A stretch of DNA of 64,000 nucleotides from Eledone cirrhosa (lineage: Eukaryota). Position numbers and translations under genes: made by a program. The stretch is taken from the NCBI GenBank assembly GCA_964016885.1, contig OZ024740.1, forward strand, positions 405,108,001 to 405,172,000, written 5' to 3'. Positions 1 to 15,000 of the stretch are shown piece by piece. Each line of letters opens with the position of its first letter. Position 1 is the stretch's first letter. The notes beneath the pieces are model-generated. The model worked only from the letters and a program-made list of their open reading frames with translations. It made no database searches and had not been told where the DNA came from.

Positions 1-3000
1 GATAATGAGGTTGATTTCAGTTTCCAATAATATGTTGTCCTTGAGCAAGACACTTTATTTTATCTTGCTCCAGCCCACTCATTTGATGATAATGAGGTTG
101 AGTTTAGTTTCCAGTAACATGTTATCCTTGAGCAAGACACTTCATTTTATCTTGCTCCAGTCCACTCAGTTGATGATAATGAGGTTGAGTTCAGTTTCCA
201 GTAACATGTTGTCATTGATCAAGATTATTTTACCTTGCTCCAGTCCACTCAGTTGATGACAATGAGGTTGAGTTCAGTTTCCAGTAACATGTTGTCCTTG
301 AGCAAGACACTTTATTTTACCTTGCTCCAGTCCACTCAGTTGATGATAATGAGGTTGAGTTCAGTTTCCTGTAACATGTTGTCATTGATCAAGATTATTT
401 TACCTTGCCCCAGTCCACTCAGTTGATGATAATGATGTTGAGTTCAGTTTCCAGTAACATGTTTTTATTGATCAAGATTATTTTACCTTGCTCCAGTCCA
501 CTCAGTTGATGATAATAAGGTTGAGTTCAGTTTCCAGTAACATGTTGTCATTGATCAATATTATTTTATCTTGCTCCAGTCCACTCAGTTGATGATAATG
601 AAGTTGAGTTCAGTTACCAGTAACATGTTGTCATTATCAAGATTATTTTACCTTGCTCCAGTCCACTCAGTTGATGATAATGAGGTTAAGTTCAGTTTCC
701 TGTAACATTGTAACATGTTGTCATTGATCAAGTTTATTTTACCTTGCTCCAGTCCACTCAGTTGATGATAATGAGGTTGATTACAGTTTCCAGTAACATG
801 TTGTCATTGATCAAGATTATTTCACCTTGCTCCAGTCCACTCAGTTGATGATAATGAGGTTGAGTTCAGTTTCCAGTAACATGTTGTCATTGATCAAGAT
901 TATTTTACCTGCTCCAGTCCACTCAGTTGATGATAATGAGCTTGAGTTCAGTTTCCAGTAACATGTTGTCATTGATCAAGATTATTTTACCTTGCTCCAG
1001 TCCACTCAGTTGATGATAATGAGGTTGAGTTCAGTTTCCAGTAACTTGTCATTGATCAACATTATTTTACCTTGATCCAGTCCACTCAGTTGATGATAAT
1101 GAGGTTGAGTTCAGTTTCCAGTAACATGTTGTCATTGACCAAGATTCTTTATTTTACCTTGCTCCAGTCCAGTTAGTTGATGATAATGAGGTTGAGTTCA
1201 GTTTCCAGTAACTTGTCATTGATCAACATTATTTTACCTTGATCCAGTCCACTCAGTTGATGATAATGAGGTTGATTTCAGTTCCCAGTAACATGTTGTC
1301 CTTGAGCAAGAAACTTTATTTTACCTTGCTCCAGTCCACTCAGTTGATGATAATGAGGTTGAGTTCAGTTTCCAGTAACATGTTGTCATTGATCAACATT
1401 ATTTTACCTTCCTCCAGTTCACTCAGTTGATGATAATGAGGTTGAGTTCAGTTTCCAGTAACATGTTGTCATTGATCAAGATTATTTTACCTGCTCCAGT
1501 CCACTCAGTTGATGATAATGAGGTTGAGTTCAGTTTCCAGTAACATGTTGTCATTGATCAATATTATTTTATCTTGCTCCAGTCCACTCAGTTGATGATA
1601 ATGAAGTTGAGTTCAGTTACCAGTAACATGTTGTCATTATCAAGATTATTTTACCTTGCTCCAGTCCACTCAGTTGATGATAATGAGGTTAAGTTCAGTT
1701 TCCTGTAACATTGTAACATGTTGTCATTGATCAAGTTTATTTTACCTTGCTCCAGTCCACTCAGTTGATGATAATGAGGTTGATTACAGTTTCCAGTAAC
1801 ATGTTGTCATTGATCAAGATTATTTCACCTTGCTCCAGTCCACTCAGTTGATGATAATGAGGTTGAGTTCAGTTTCCAGTAACATGTTGTCATTGATCAA
1901 GATTATTTTACCTGCTCCAGTCCACTCAGTTGATGATAATGAGCTTGAGTTCAGTTTCCAGTAACATGTTGTCATTGATCAAGATTATTTTACCTTGCTC
2001 CAGTCCACTCAGTTGATGATAATGAGGTTGAGTTCAGTTTCCAGTAACTTGTCATTGATCAACATTATTTTACCTTGATCCAGTCCACTCAGTTGATGAT
2101 AATGAGGTTGAGTTCAGTTTCCTGTAACATGTTGTCATTGATAAAGATTATTTTACCTTGCTCCAGTCCACTCAGTTGATGATAATGAGGTTGAGTTCAG
2201 TTTCCAGTAACATGTTGTCATTGATCAAGTTTATTTTACCTTGCCCCAGTCCACTCAGTTGATGATAATGAGGTTGAGTTCAGTTTCCAGTAACATGTTG
2301 TCATTGATCAAGATTATTTTACCTTACCCCAGTCCACTCAGTTGATGATAATGAGGTTGAGTTAAGTTTCCAGTAACATGTTGTCATTCATCAAGATTAT
2401 TTTCCCTTGCTCCAGTCCACTCAGTTGATGATAATGAGCTTGAGTTCAGTTTCCAGTAACATGTTGTCTTTGATCAAGATTATTTTACCTTGCTCCAGTC
2501 CACTCAGTTGATGATAATGAGGTTGAGTTCAGTTTCCAGTAACTTGTCATTGATCAACATTATTTTACCTTGATCCAGTCCACTCAGTTGATGATAATGA
2601 GGTTGAGTTCAGTTTCCAGTAACATGTTGTCATTGATCAAGATTCTTTATTTTACCTTGCTCCAGTCCAGTTAGTTGATGATAATGAGGTTGAGTTCAGT
2701 TTCCAGTAACATGTTGTCATTGATCAACATTATTTTACCTTGCTCCAGTCCACTCAGTTGATGAAAATGAAGTTGAGTTCAGTTACCAGTAACATGTTGT
2801 CATTATCAAGATTATTTTACCTTGCTCCAGTCCACTCAGTTGATGATAATGAGGTTAAGTTCAGTTTCCTGTAACATTGTAACATGTTGTCATTGATCAA
2901 GATTATTTTACCTTGCTCCAGTCCACTCAGTTGATGATAATGAGGTTGATTACAGTTTCCAGTAACATGTTGTCATTGATCAAGATTATTTTACCTTGCT

Positions 3001-6000
3001 CCAGTCCACTCAGTTGATGATAATGAGGTTGAGTTCAGTTTCCAGTAACATGTTGTCATTGATCAATATTATTTTATCTTGCTCCAGTCCACTCAGTTGA
3101 TGATAATGAAGTTGAGTTCAGTTACCAGTAACATGTTGTCATTATCAAGATTATTTTACCTTGCTCCAGTCCACTCAGTTGATGATAATGAGGTTAAGTT
3201 CAGTTTCCTGTAACATTGTAACATGTTGTCATTGATCAAGTTTATTTTACCTTGCTCCAGTCCACTCAGTTGATGATAATGAGGTTGATTACAGTTTCCA
3301 GTAACATGTTGTCATTGATCAAGATTATTTCACCTTGCTCCAGTCCACTCAGTTGATGATAATGAGGTTGAGTTCAGTTTCCAGTAACATGTTGTCATTG
3401 ATCAAGATTATTTTACCTGCTCCAGTCCACTCAGTTGATGATAATGAGCTTGAGTTCAGTTTCCAGTAACATGTTGTCATTGATCAAGATTATTTTACCT
3501 TGCTCCAGTCCACTCAGTTGATGATAATGAGGTTGAGTTCAGTTTCCAGTAACTTGTCATTGATCAACATTATTTTACCTTGATCCAGTCCACTCAGTTG
3601 ATGATAATGAGGTTGAGTTCAGTTTCCTGTAACATGTTGTCATTGATAAAGATTATTTTACCTTGCTCCAGTCCACTCAGTTGATGATAATGAGGTTGAG
3701 TTCAGTTTCCAGTAACATGTTGTCATTGATCAAGTTTATTTTACCTTGCCCCAGTCCACTCAGTTGATGATAATGAGGTTGAGTTCAGTTTCCAGTAACA
3801 TGTTGTCATTGATCAAGATTATTTTACCTTACCCCAGTCCACTCAGTTGATGATAATGAGGTTGAGTTAAGTTTCCAGTAACATGTTGTCATTCATCAAG
3901 ATTATTTTCCCTTGCTCCAGTCCACTCAGTTGATGATAATGAGCTTGAGTTCAGTTTCCAGTAACATGTTGTCTTTGATCAAGATTATTTTACCTTGCTC
4001 CAGTCCACTCAGTTGATGATAATGAGGTTGAGTTCAGTTTCCAGTAACTTGTCATTGATCAACATTATTTTACCTTGATCCAGTCCACTCAGTTGATGAT
4101 AATGAGGTTGAGTTCAGTTTCCAGTAACATGTTGTCATTGATCAAGATTCTTTATTTTACCTTGCTCCAGTCCAGTTAGTTGATGATAATGAGGTTGAGT
4201 TCAGTTTCCAGTAACATGTTGTCATTGATCAACATTATTTTACCTTGCTCCAGTCCACTCAGTTGATGAAAATGAAGTTGAGTTCAGTTACCAGTAACAT
4301 GTTGTCATTATCAAGATTATTTTACCTTGCTCCAGTCCACTCAGTTGATGATAATGAGGTTAAGTTCAGTTTCCTGTAACATTGTAACATGTTGTCATTG
4401 ATCAAGATTATTTTACCTTGCTCCAGTCCACTCAGTTGATGATAATGAGGTTGATTACAGTTTCCAGTAACATGTTGTCATTGATCAAGATTATTTTACC
4501 TTGCTCCAGTCCACTCAGTTGATGATAATGAGGTTGATTACAGTTTCCAGTAACATGTTGTCATTGATCAAGATTATTTTACCTTGCTCCAGTCCACTCA
4601 GTTGATGATAATGAGGTTGATTTCAGTTTCCAATAATATGTTGTCCTTGAGCAAGACACTTTATTTTATCTTGCTCCAGTCCACTCATTTGATGATAATG
4701 AGGTTGAGTTTAGTTTCCAGTAACATGTTATCCTTGAGCAAGACACTTCATTTTATCTTGCTCCAGTCCACTCAGTTGATGATAATGAGGTTGAGTTCAG
4801 TTTCCAGTAACATGTTGTCATTGATCAAGATTATTTTACCTTGCTCCAGTCCACTCAGTTGATGACAATGAGGTTGAGTTCAGTTTCCAGTAACATGTTG
4901 TCATTGATCAAGATTCTATATTTTTCCTTGCTCCAGTCCAGTTAGTTGATGATAATGAGGTTGAGTTCAGTTTCCAGTAACATGTTGTCCTTGAGCAAGA
5001 CACTTTATTTTACCTTGCTCCAGTCCACTCAGTTGATGATAATGAGGTTGAGTTCAGTTTCCAGTAACATGTTGTCATTGATCAAGATTATTTTACCTTG
5101 CCCCAGTCCACTCAGTTGATGATAATGATGTTGAGTTCAGTTTCCAGTAACATGTTTTTATTGATCAAGATTATTTTACCTTGCTCCAGTCCACTCAGTT
5201 GATGATAATAAAGTTGAGTTCATTTTCCAGTAACATGTTGTCATTGATCAAGATTATTCTACCTTGCTCCAGTCCACTCAGTTGATGATAATGAGGTTGA
5301 GTTCAGTTTCCAGTAACATGTTGTCATTGATCAATATTATTTTATCTTGCTCCAGTCCACTCAGTTGATGATAATGAGGTTAAGTTCAGTTTCCTGTAAC
5401 ATTGTAACATGTTGTCATTGATCAAGTTTATTTTACCTTGCTCCAGTCCACTCAGTTGATGATAATGAGGTTGATTACAGTTTCCAGTAACATGTTGTCA
5501 TTGATCAAGATTATTTTACCTTGCTCCAGTCCACTCAGTTGATGATAATGAGGTTGAGTTCAGTTTCCAGTAACTTGTCATTGATCAACATTATTTTACC
5601 TTGATCCAGTCCACTCAGTTGATGATAATGAGGTTGAGTTCAGTTTCCAGTAACATGTTGTCATTGACCAAGATTCTTTATTTTACCTTGCTCCAGTCCA
5701 GTTAGTTGATGATAATGAGGTTGAGTTCAATTTCCAGTAACTTGTCATTGATCAACATTATTTTACCTTGATCCAGTCCACTCAGTTGATGATAATGAGG
5801 TTGATTTCAGTTCCCAGTAACATGTTGTCCTTGAGCAAGAAACTTTATTTTACCTTGCTCCAGTCCACTCAGTTGATGATAATGAGGTTGAGTTCAGTTT
5901 CCAGTAACATGTTGTCATTGATCAACATTATTTTACCTTCCTCCAGTTCACTCAGTTGATGATAATGAGGTTGAGTTCAGTTTCCTGTAACATGTTGTCA

Positions 6001-9000
6001 TTGATCAAGATTATTTTACCTTGCTCCAGTCCACTCAGTTGATGATAATGAGGTTGAGTTCAGTTTCCAGTAACATGTTGTCATTGATCAACATTATTTT
6101 ACCTGGCTCCAGTCCACTCAGTTGATGATAATGAAGTTGAGTTCAGTTTCCAGTAACATGTTGTCATTGATCAACATTATTTTACCTTTCTCCAGTCCAC
6201 TCAGTTGATGATAATGAGGTTGAGTTCAGTTTCCCGTAACATGTTGTCATTGATCAAGATTATTTTACCTTGCCCCAGTCCACTCAGTTGATGATAATGA
6301 GGTTGAGTTCAGTTTCCAGTAACATGTTGTCATTGATCAAGATTATTTTACCTTGCCCCAGTCCACTCAGTTGATGATAATGAGGTTGAGTTAAGTTTCC
6401 AGTAACATGTTGTCATTGATCAAGATTATTTTACCTTGCTCCAGTCCACTCAGTTGATGATAATGAGGTTGAGTTCAGTTTCCAGTAACATGTTGTCATT
6501 GATCAAGATTATTTTACCTTTCTCCAGTCCACTCAGTTGATGATAATGAGGTTCAGTTCAGTTTCCAGTAAGATGTTGTCATTCATCAAGATTATTTTCC
6601 CTTGCTCCAGTCCACTCAGTTGATGATAATGAGCTTGAGTTCAGTTTCCAGTAACATGTTGTCTTTGATCAAGATTATTTTACCTTGCTCCAGTCCACTC
6701 AGTTGATGATAATGAGGTTGAGTTCAGTTTCCAGTAACTTGTCATTGATCAACATTATTTTACCTTGATCCAGTCCACTCAGTTGATGATAATGAGGTTG
6801 AGTTCAGTTTCCAGTAACATGTTGTCATTGATCAAGATTCTTTATTTTACCTTGCTCCAGTCCAGTTAGTTGATGATAATGAGGTTGAGTTCAGTTTCCA
6901 GTAACATGTTGTCATTGATCAACATTATTTTACCTTGCTCCAGTCCACTCAGTTGATGAAAATGAAGTTGAGTTCAGTTACCAGTAACATGTTGTCATTA
7001 TCAAGATTATTTTACCTTGCTCCAGTCCACTCAGTTGATGATAATGAGGTTAAGTTCAGTTTCCTGTAACATTGTAACATGTTGTCATTGATCAAGATTA
7101 TTTTACCTTGCTCCAGTCCACTCAGTTGATGATAATGAGGTTGATTACAGTTTCCAGTAACATGTTGTCATTGATCAAGATTATTTTACCTTGCCCCAGT
7201 CCACTCAGTTGATGATAATGAGGTTGATTTCAGTTTCCAATAATATGTTGTCCTTGAGCAAGACACTTTATTTTATCTTGCTCCAGTCCACTCATTTGAT
7301 GATAATGAGGTTGAGTTTAGTTTCCAGTAACATGTTATCCTTGAGCAAGACACTTCATTTTATCTTGCTCCAGTCCACTCAGTTGATGATAATGAGGTTG
7401 AGTTCAGTTTCCAGTAACATGTTGTCATTGATCAAGATTATTTTACCTTGCTCCAGTCCACTCAGTTGATGATAATGAGGTTGAGTTCAGTTTCCAGTAA
7501 CATGTTGTCATTGATCAAGATTCTATATTTTACCTTGCTCCAGTCCAGTTAGTTGATGATAATGAGGTTGAGTTCAGTTTCCAGTAACATGTTGTCCTTG
7601 AGCAAGACACTTTATTTTACCTTGCTCCAGTCCACTCAGTTGATGATAATGAGGTTGAGTTCAGTTTCCAGTAACATGTTGTCATTGATCAAGATTATTT
7701 TACCTTGCCCCAGTCCACTCAGTTGATGATAATGATGTTGAGTTCAGTTTCCAGTAACATGTTTTTATTGATCAAGATTATTTTACCTTGCTCCAGTCCA
7801 CTCAGTTGATGATAATAAATTTGAGTTCATTTTCCAGTAACATGTTGTCATTGATCAAGATTATTCTACCTTGCTCCAGTCCACTCAGTTGATGATAATG
7901 AGGTTGAGTTCAGTTTCCAGTAACATGTTGTCATTGATCAATATTATTTTATCTTGCTCCAGTCCACTCAGTTGATGATAATGAAGTTGAGTTTAGTTAC
8001 CAGTAACATGTTGTCATTATCAAGATTATTTTACCTTGCTCCAGTCCACTCAGTTGATGATAATGAGCTTAAGTTCAGTTTCCTGTAACATTGTAACATG
8101 TTGTCATTGATCAAGATTATTTTACCTTGCTCCAGTCCACTCAGTTGATGATAATGAGGTTGATTACAGTTTCCAGTAACATGTTGTCATTGATCAAGAT
8201 TATTTTACCTGCTCCAGTCCACTCAGTTGATGATAATGAGCTTGAGTTCAGTTTCCAGTAACATGTTGTCATTGATCAAGATTATTTTACCTTGCTCCAG
8301 CCCACTCAGTTGATGATAATGAGGTTGAGTTCAGTTTCCAGTAACTTGTCATTGATCAACATTATTTTACCTTGATCCAGTCCACTCAGTTGATGATAAT
8401 GAGGTTGAGTTCAGTTTCCAGTAACATGTTGTCATTGACCAAGATTCTTTATTTTACCTTGCTCCAGTCCAGTTAGTTGATGATAATGAGGTTGAGTTCA
8501 GTTTCCAGTAACATGTTGTCATTGATCAACATTATTTTACCTTGCTCCAGTCCACTCAGTTCATGATAATGAGGTTGAGTTCAGTTTCGAGTAACATGTT
8601 GTCATTGATCAAGATTATTTTACCTTGCCCCAGTCCACTCAGTTGATGATAATGAGGTTGAGTTCAGTTTCCAGTAACATGTTGTCATTGATCAAGATTC
8701 TTTATTTTACCTTGCTCCAGTCCAGTTAGTTGATGATAATGAGGTTGAGTTCAGTTTCCAGTAACATGTTGTCATTGATCAACATTATTTTACCTTGCTC
8801 CATTCCACTCAGTTGATGATAATGAGGTTGAGTTCAGTTTCGAGTAACATGTTGTCATTGATCAAGATTATTTTACCTTGATCCAGTCCACTCAGTTGAT
8901 GATAATGAGGTTGAGTTCAGTTTCCAGTAACATGTTGTCATTGATCAACATTATTTTACCTTGCTCCAGTCCACTCAGTTGATGATAATGAGGTTGAGTT

Positions 9001-12000
9001 CAGCTTCGAGTAACATGTTGTCATTGATCAAGATTATTTTACCTTGCCCCAGTCCACTCAGTTGATGATAATGAGGTTGAGTTCAGCTTCGAGTAACATG
9101 TTGTCATTGATCAAGATTATTTTACCTTGCTCCAGTCCACTCAGTTGATGATAATGAGGTTGAGTTCAGTTTCCAGTAACATGTTGTCATTGATCAAGAT
9201 TATTTTACCTTGCTCCACGCCACTCAGTTGATGATAATGAGGTTGAGTTCAGTTTCCAGTAACATGTTGTCATTGATCAACATTATTTTACCTTGCTCCA
9301 GTCCACTCAGTTAATGATAATGAGGTTGAGTTCAGTTTCCAGTAACATGTTGTCATTGAGCAAGACACTTTACCTTGCTCCAGTCCACTCAGATGATGTT
9401 AATGAGGTTGAGTTCACTTTCCAGTAACATGTTGTCATTGATCAACATTATTTTACCTTGCTCAGTCCACTCAGTTGATGATAATGAGGTTGAGTTCAGT
9501 TTCCATTATCATGTTGTCATTGAGCAAGACACTTTACCTTGCTCCAGTCCACTCAGTTGATGATAATGAAGTTGAGTTCAGTTTCCAGTAACATGTTGTC
9601 ATTGAGCAAGACACTTTACCTTGCTCCAGTCCACTCAATTGATGATAATGAGGTTCAGTTCAGTCTCCAGTCAGATGTTGTCATTGATCAATATTATTTT
9701 ACCTTGCTCCAGTCCACTCAGTTGATGATAATGAGGTTGAGTTCAGTTTCCAGTAACATGTTGTCATTGATCAAGATTATTTTCCCTTGCTCCACTCCAC
9801 TCAGTTGATGATAATGAGGTTGAGTTCAGTTTCCAGTAACATGTTGTCATTGATCAAGATTATTTTCCCTTGCTCCAGTCCACTCAGTTGATGATAATGA
9901 GGTTGAGTTCAGTTTCCAGTAACATGTTGTCATTGATCAAGATTATTTTTACCTTGCTCCACTCCACTCAGTTGATGATAATGAGGTTGAGTTCAGTTTC
10001 CACTAACATGTTGTCTTTGATCAAGATAATTTTACGTTACTCCAGTCCACTCAGTTGATGATAATGAGGTTCAGTTCAGTTTCCAGTAACATGTTGTCCT
10101 TGAGCAAGACACTTTATTCTACCTTGCTCCAGTCCACTCAGTTGATGATAATGAGGTTGAGTTCAGTTTCCAGTAACATGTTGTTCTTGAGCTAGACACT
10201 TTATTTTACCTTGCTCCAGTCCACTCAGTTGAAGATAATGAGGTTGAGTTCAGTTTCCAGTAACATGTTGTCCTTGAGCAAGATTATTTTACCTTGCTCC
10301 AGTCCACTTAGTTGATGATAATGAGGTTGAGTTCAGTTTCCAGTAACATGTTGTCATTGATCAAGATTATTTTACCTTGCTCCAGTCCACTCAGTTGATG
10401 ATAATGAGGTTGAGTTCAGTTTCCAGTAACTTGTCATTGATCAATATTATTTTACCTTGCTCCAGTCCACTCAGTTGATGATAATGAGGTTGAGTTCAGT
10501 TTACAGTAACATGTTGTCATTGAGCAAGACACTTTACCTTGCTCCAGTCCACTCAGTTGATGATAATGAGGTTGAGTTCAGTTTCCAGTAACATGTTGTC
10601 ATTCATCAACATTATTTTAGCTTGCTCCAGTCCACTCAGTTGATGGTAATGAGGTTGAGTTCAGTTTCCACTAACATGTTGTCTTTGATCAAGATTATTT
10701 TACCTTACTCCAGTCCACTCAGTTGATGATAATGAGGTTCAGTTCAGTTTCCAGTAACATGTTGTCCTTGAGCAAGACACTTTATTTTACCTTGCTCCAG
10801 TCCACTCAGTTGATGATAATGAGGTTGAGTTCAGTTTCCAGTAACATGTTGTTCTTGAGCTAGACACTTTATTTTACCTTGCTCCAGTCCACTCAGTTGA
10901 TGATAATGAGGTTGAGTTCAGTTTCCAGTAACATGTTGTTCTTAAGCTAGACACTTTATTTTACCTTGCTCCAGTCCACTCAGTTGATGATAATGAGGTT
11001 GAGTTCAGTTTCCAGTAACATGTTGTCCTTGAGCAAGACACTTCATTTTATCTTGCTCCAGTCCACTCAGTTGATGATAATGAGGTTGAGTTCAGTTTCC
11101 AGTAACATGTTGTCATTGATCAAGATTATTTTACCTTGCTCCAGTCCACTTAGTTGATGACAATGAGGTTGAGTTCAGTTTCCAGTAACATGTTGTCATT
11201 GATCAAGATTCTATATTTTACCTTGCTCCAGTCCAGTTAGTTGATGATAATGAGGTTGAGTTCAGTTTCCAGTAACATGTTGTCCTTGAGCAAGACACTT
11301 TATTTTACCTTGCTCCAGTCCACTCAGTTGATGATAATGAGGTTGAGTTCAGTTTCCAGTAACATGTTGTCATTGATCAAGATTATTTTACCTTGCCCCA
11401 GTCCACTCAGTTGATGATAATGATGTTGAGTTCAGTTTCCAGTAACATGTTTTTATTGATCAAGATTATTTTACCTTGCTCCAGTCCACTCAGTTGATGA
11501 TAATAAAGTTGAGTTCATTTTCCAGTAACATGTTGTCATTGATCAAGATTATTCTACCTTGCTCCAGTCCACTCAGTTGATGATAATGAGGTTGAGTTCA
11601 GTTTCCAGTAACATGTTGTCATTGATCAATATTATTTTATCTTGCTCCAGTCCACTCAGTTGATTATAATGAAGTTGAGTTCAGTTACCAGTAACATGTT
11701 GTCATTATCAAGATTATTTTACCTTGCTCCAGTCCACTCAGTTGATGATAATGAGGTTAAGTTCAGTTTCCTGTAACATTGTAACATGTTGTCATTGATC
11801 AAGTTTATTTTACCTTGCTCCAGTCCACTCAGTTGATGATAATGAGGTTGATTACAGTTTCCAGTAACATGTTGTCATTGATCAAGATTATTTCACCTTG
11901 CTCCAGTCCACTCAGTTGATGATAATGAGGTTGAGTTCAGTTTCCAGTAACATGTTGTCATTGATCAAGATTATTTTACCTGCTCCAGTCCACTCAGTTG

Positions 12001-15000
12001 ATGATAATGAGCTTGAGTTCAGTTTCCAGTAACATGTTGTCATTGATCAAGATTATTTTACCTTGCTCCAGTCCACTCAGTTGATGATAATGAGGTTGAG
12101 TTCAGTTTCCAGTAACTTGTCATTGATTAACATTATTTTACCTTGATCCAGTCCACTCAGTTGATGATAATGAGGTTGAGTTCAGTTTCCAGTAACATGT
12201 TGTCATTGACCAAGATTCTTTATTTTACCTTGCTCCAGTCCAGTTAGTTGATGATAATGAGGTTGAGTTCAATTTCCAGTAACTTGTCATTGATCAACAT
12301 TATTTTACCTTGATCCAGTCCACTCAGTTGATGATAATGAGGTTGATTTCAGTTCCCAGTAACATGTTGTCCTTGAGCAAGAAACTTTATTTTACCTTGC
12401 TCCAGTCCACTCAGTTGATGATAATGAGGTTGAGTTCAGTTTCCAGTAACATGTTGTCATTGATCAACATTATTTTACCTTCCTCCAGTTCACTCAGTTG
12501 ATGATAATGAGGTTGAGTTCAGTTTCCTGTAACATGTTGTCATTGATCAAGATTATTTTACCTTGCTCCAGTCCACTCAGTTGATGATAATGAGGTTGAG
12601 TTCAGTTTCCAGTAACATGTTGTCATTGATCAACATTATTTTACCTGGCTCCAGTCCACTCAGTTGATGATAATGAAGTTGAGTTCAGTTTCCAGTAACA
12701 TGTTGTCATTGATCAACATTATTTTACCTTTCTCCAGTCCACTCAGTTGATGATAATGAGGTTGAGTTCAGTTTCCTGTAACATGTTGTCATTGATCAAG
12801 ATTATTTTACCTTGCCCCAGTCCACTCAGTTGATGATAATGAGGTTGAGTTCAGTTTCCAGTAACATGTTGTCATTGATCAAGATTATTTTACCTTGCCC
12901 CAGTCCACTCAGTTGATGATAATGAGGTTGAGTTAAGTTTCCAGTAACATGTTGTCATTGATCAAGATTATTTTACCTTGCTCCAGTCCACTCAGTTGAT
13001 GATAATGAGGTTGAGTTCAGTTTCCAGTAACATGTTGTCATTGATCAAGATTATTTTACCTTTCTCCAGTCCACTCAGTTGATGATAATGAGGTTCAGTT
13101 CAGTTTCCAGTAAGATGTTGTCATTCATCAAGATTATTTTTCCTTGCTCCAGTCCACTCAGTTGATGATAATGAGCTTGAGTTCAGTTTCCAGTAACATG
13201 TTGTCTTTGATCAAGATTATTTTACCTTGCTCCAGTCCACTCAGTTGATGATAATGAGGTTGAGTTCAGTTTCCAGTAACTTCTCATTGATCAACATTAT
13301 TTTACCTTGATCCAGTCCACTCAGTTGATGATAATGAGGTTGAGTTCAGTTTCCAGTAACATGTTGTCATTGATCAAGATTCTTTATTTTACCTTGCTCC
13401 AGTCCAGTTAGTTGATGATAATGAGGTTGAGTTCAGTTTCCAGTAACATGTTGTCATTGATCAACATTATTTTACCTTGCTCCAGTCCACTCAGTTGATG
13501 AAAATGAAGTTGAGTTCAGTTACCAGTAACATGTTGTCATTATCAAGATTATTTTACCTTGCTCCAGTCCACTCAGTTGATGATAATGAGGTTAAGTTCA
13601 GTTTCCTGTAACATTGTAACATGTTGTCATTGATCAAGATTATTTTACCTTGCTCCAGTCCACTCAGTTGATGATAATGAGGTTGATTACAGTTTCCAGT
13701 AACATGTTGTCATTGATCAAGATTATTTTACCTTGCTCCAGTCCACTCAGTTGATGATAATGAGGTTGATTACAGTTTCCAGTAACATGTTGTCATTGAT
13801 CAAGATTATTTTACCTTGCTCCAGTCCACTCAGTTGATGATAATGAGGTTGATTTCAGTTTCCAATAATATGTTGTCCTTGAGCAAGACACTTTATTTTA
13901 TCTTGCTCCAGTCTACTCATTTGATGATAATGAGGTTGAGTTTAGTTTCCAGTAACATGTTATCCTTGAGCAAGACACTTCATTTTATCTTGCTCCAGTC
14001 CACTCAGTTGATGATAATGAGGTTGAGTTCAGTTTCCAGTAACATGTTGTCATTGATCAAGATTATTTTACCTTGCTCCAGTCCACTCAGTTGATGATAA
14101 TGAGGTTGAGTTCAGTTTCCAGTAACATGTTGTCATTGATCAAGATTCTATATTTTACCTTGCTCCAGTCCAGTTAGTTGATGATAATGAGGTTGAGTTC
14201 AGTTTCCAGTAACATGTTGTCCTTGAGCAAGACACTTTATTTTACCTTGCTCCAGTCCACTCAGTTGATGATAATGAGGTTGAGTTCAGTTTCCAGTAAC
14301 ATGTTGTCATTGATCAAGATTATTTTACCTTGCCCCAGTCCACTCAGTTGATGATAATGATGTTGAGTTCAGTTTCCAGTAACATGTTTTTATTGATCAA
14401 GATTATTTTACCTTGCTCCAGTCCACTCAGTTGATGATAATGAGGTTAAGTTCAGTTTCCTGTAACATTGTAACATGTTGTCATTGATCAAGATTATTTT
14501 ACCTTGCTCCAGTCCACTCAGTTGATGATAATGAGGTTGATTACAGTTTCCAGTAACATGTTGTCATTGATCAAGATTATTTCACCTTGCTCCAGTCCAC
14601 TCAGTTGATGATAATGAGGTTGAGTTCAGTTTCCAGTAACATGTTGTCATTGATCAAGATTATTTTACCTGCTCCAGTCCACTCAGTTGATGATAATGAG
14701 CTTGAGTTCAGTTTCCAGTAACATGTTGTCATTGATCAAGATTATTTTACCTTGCTCCAGTCCACTCAGTTGATGATAATGAGGTTGAGTTCAGTTTCCA
14801 GTAACTTGTCATTGATCAACATTATTTTACCTTGATCCAGTCCACTCAGTTGATGATAATGAGGTTGAGTTCAGTTTCCAGTAACATGTTGTCATTGACC
14901 AAGATTCTTTATTTTACCTTGCTCCAGTCCAGTTAGTTGATAATAATGAGGTTGAGTTCAGTTTCCAGTAACATGTTGTCATTGATCAACATTATTTTAC

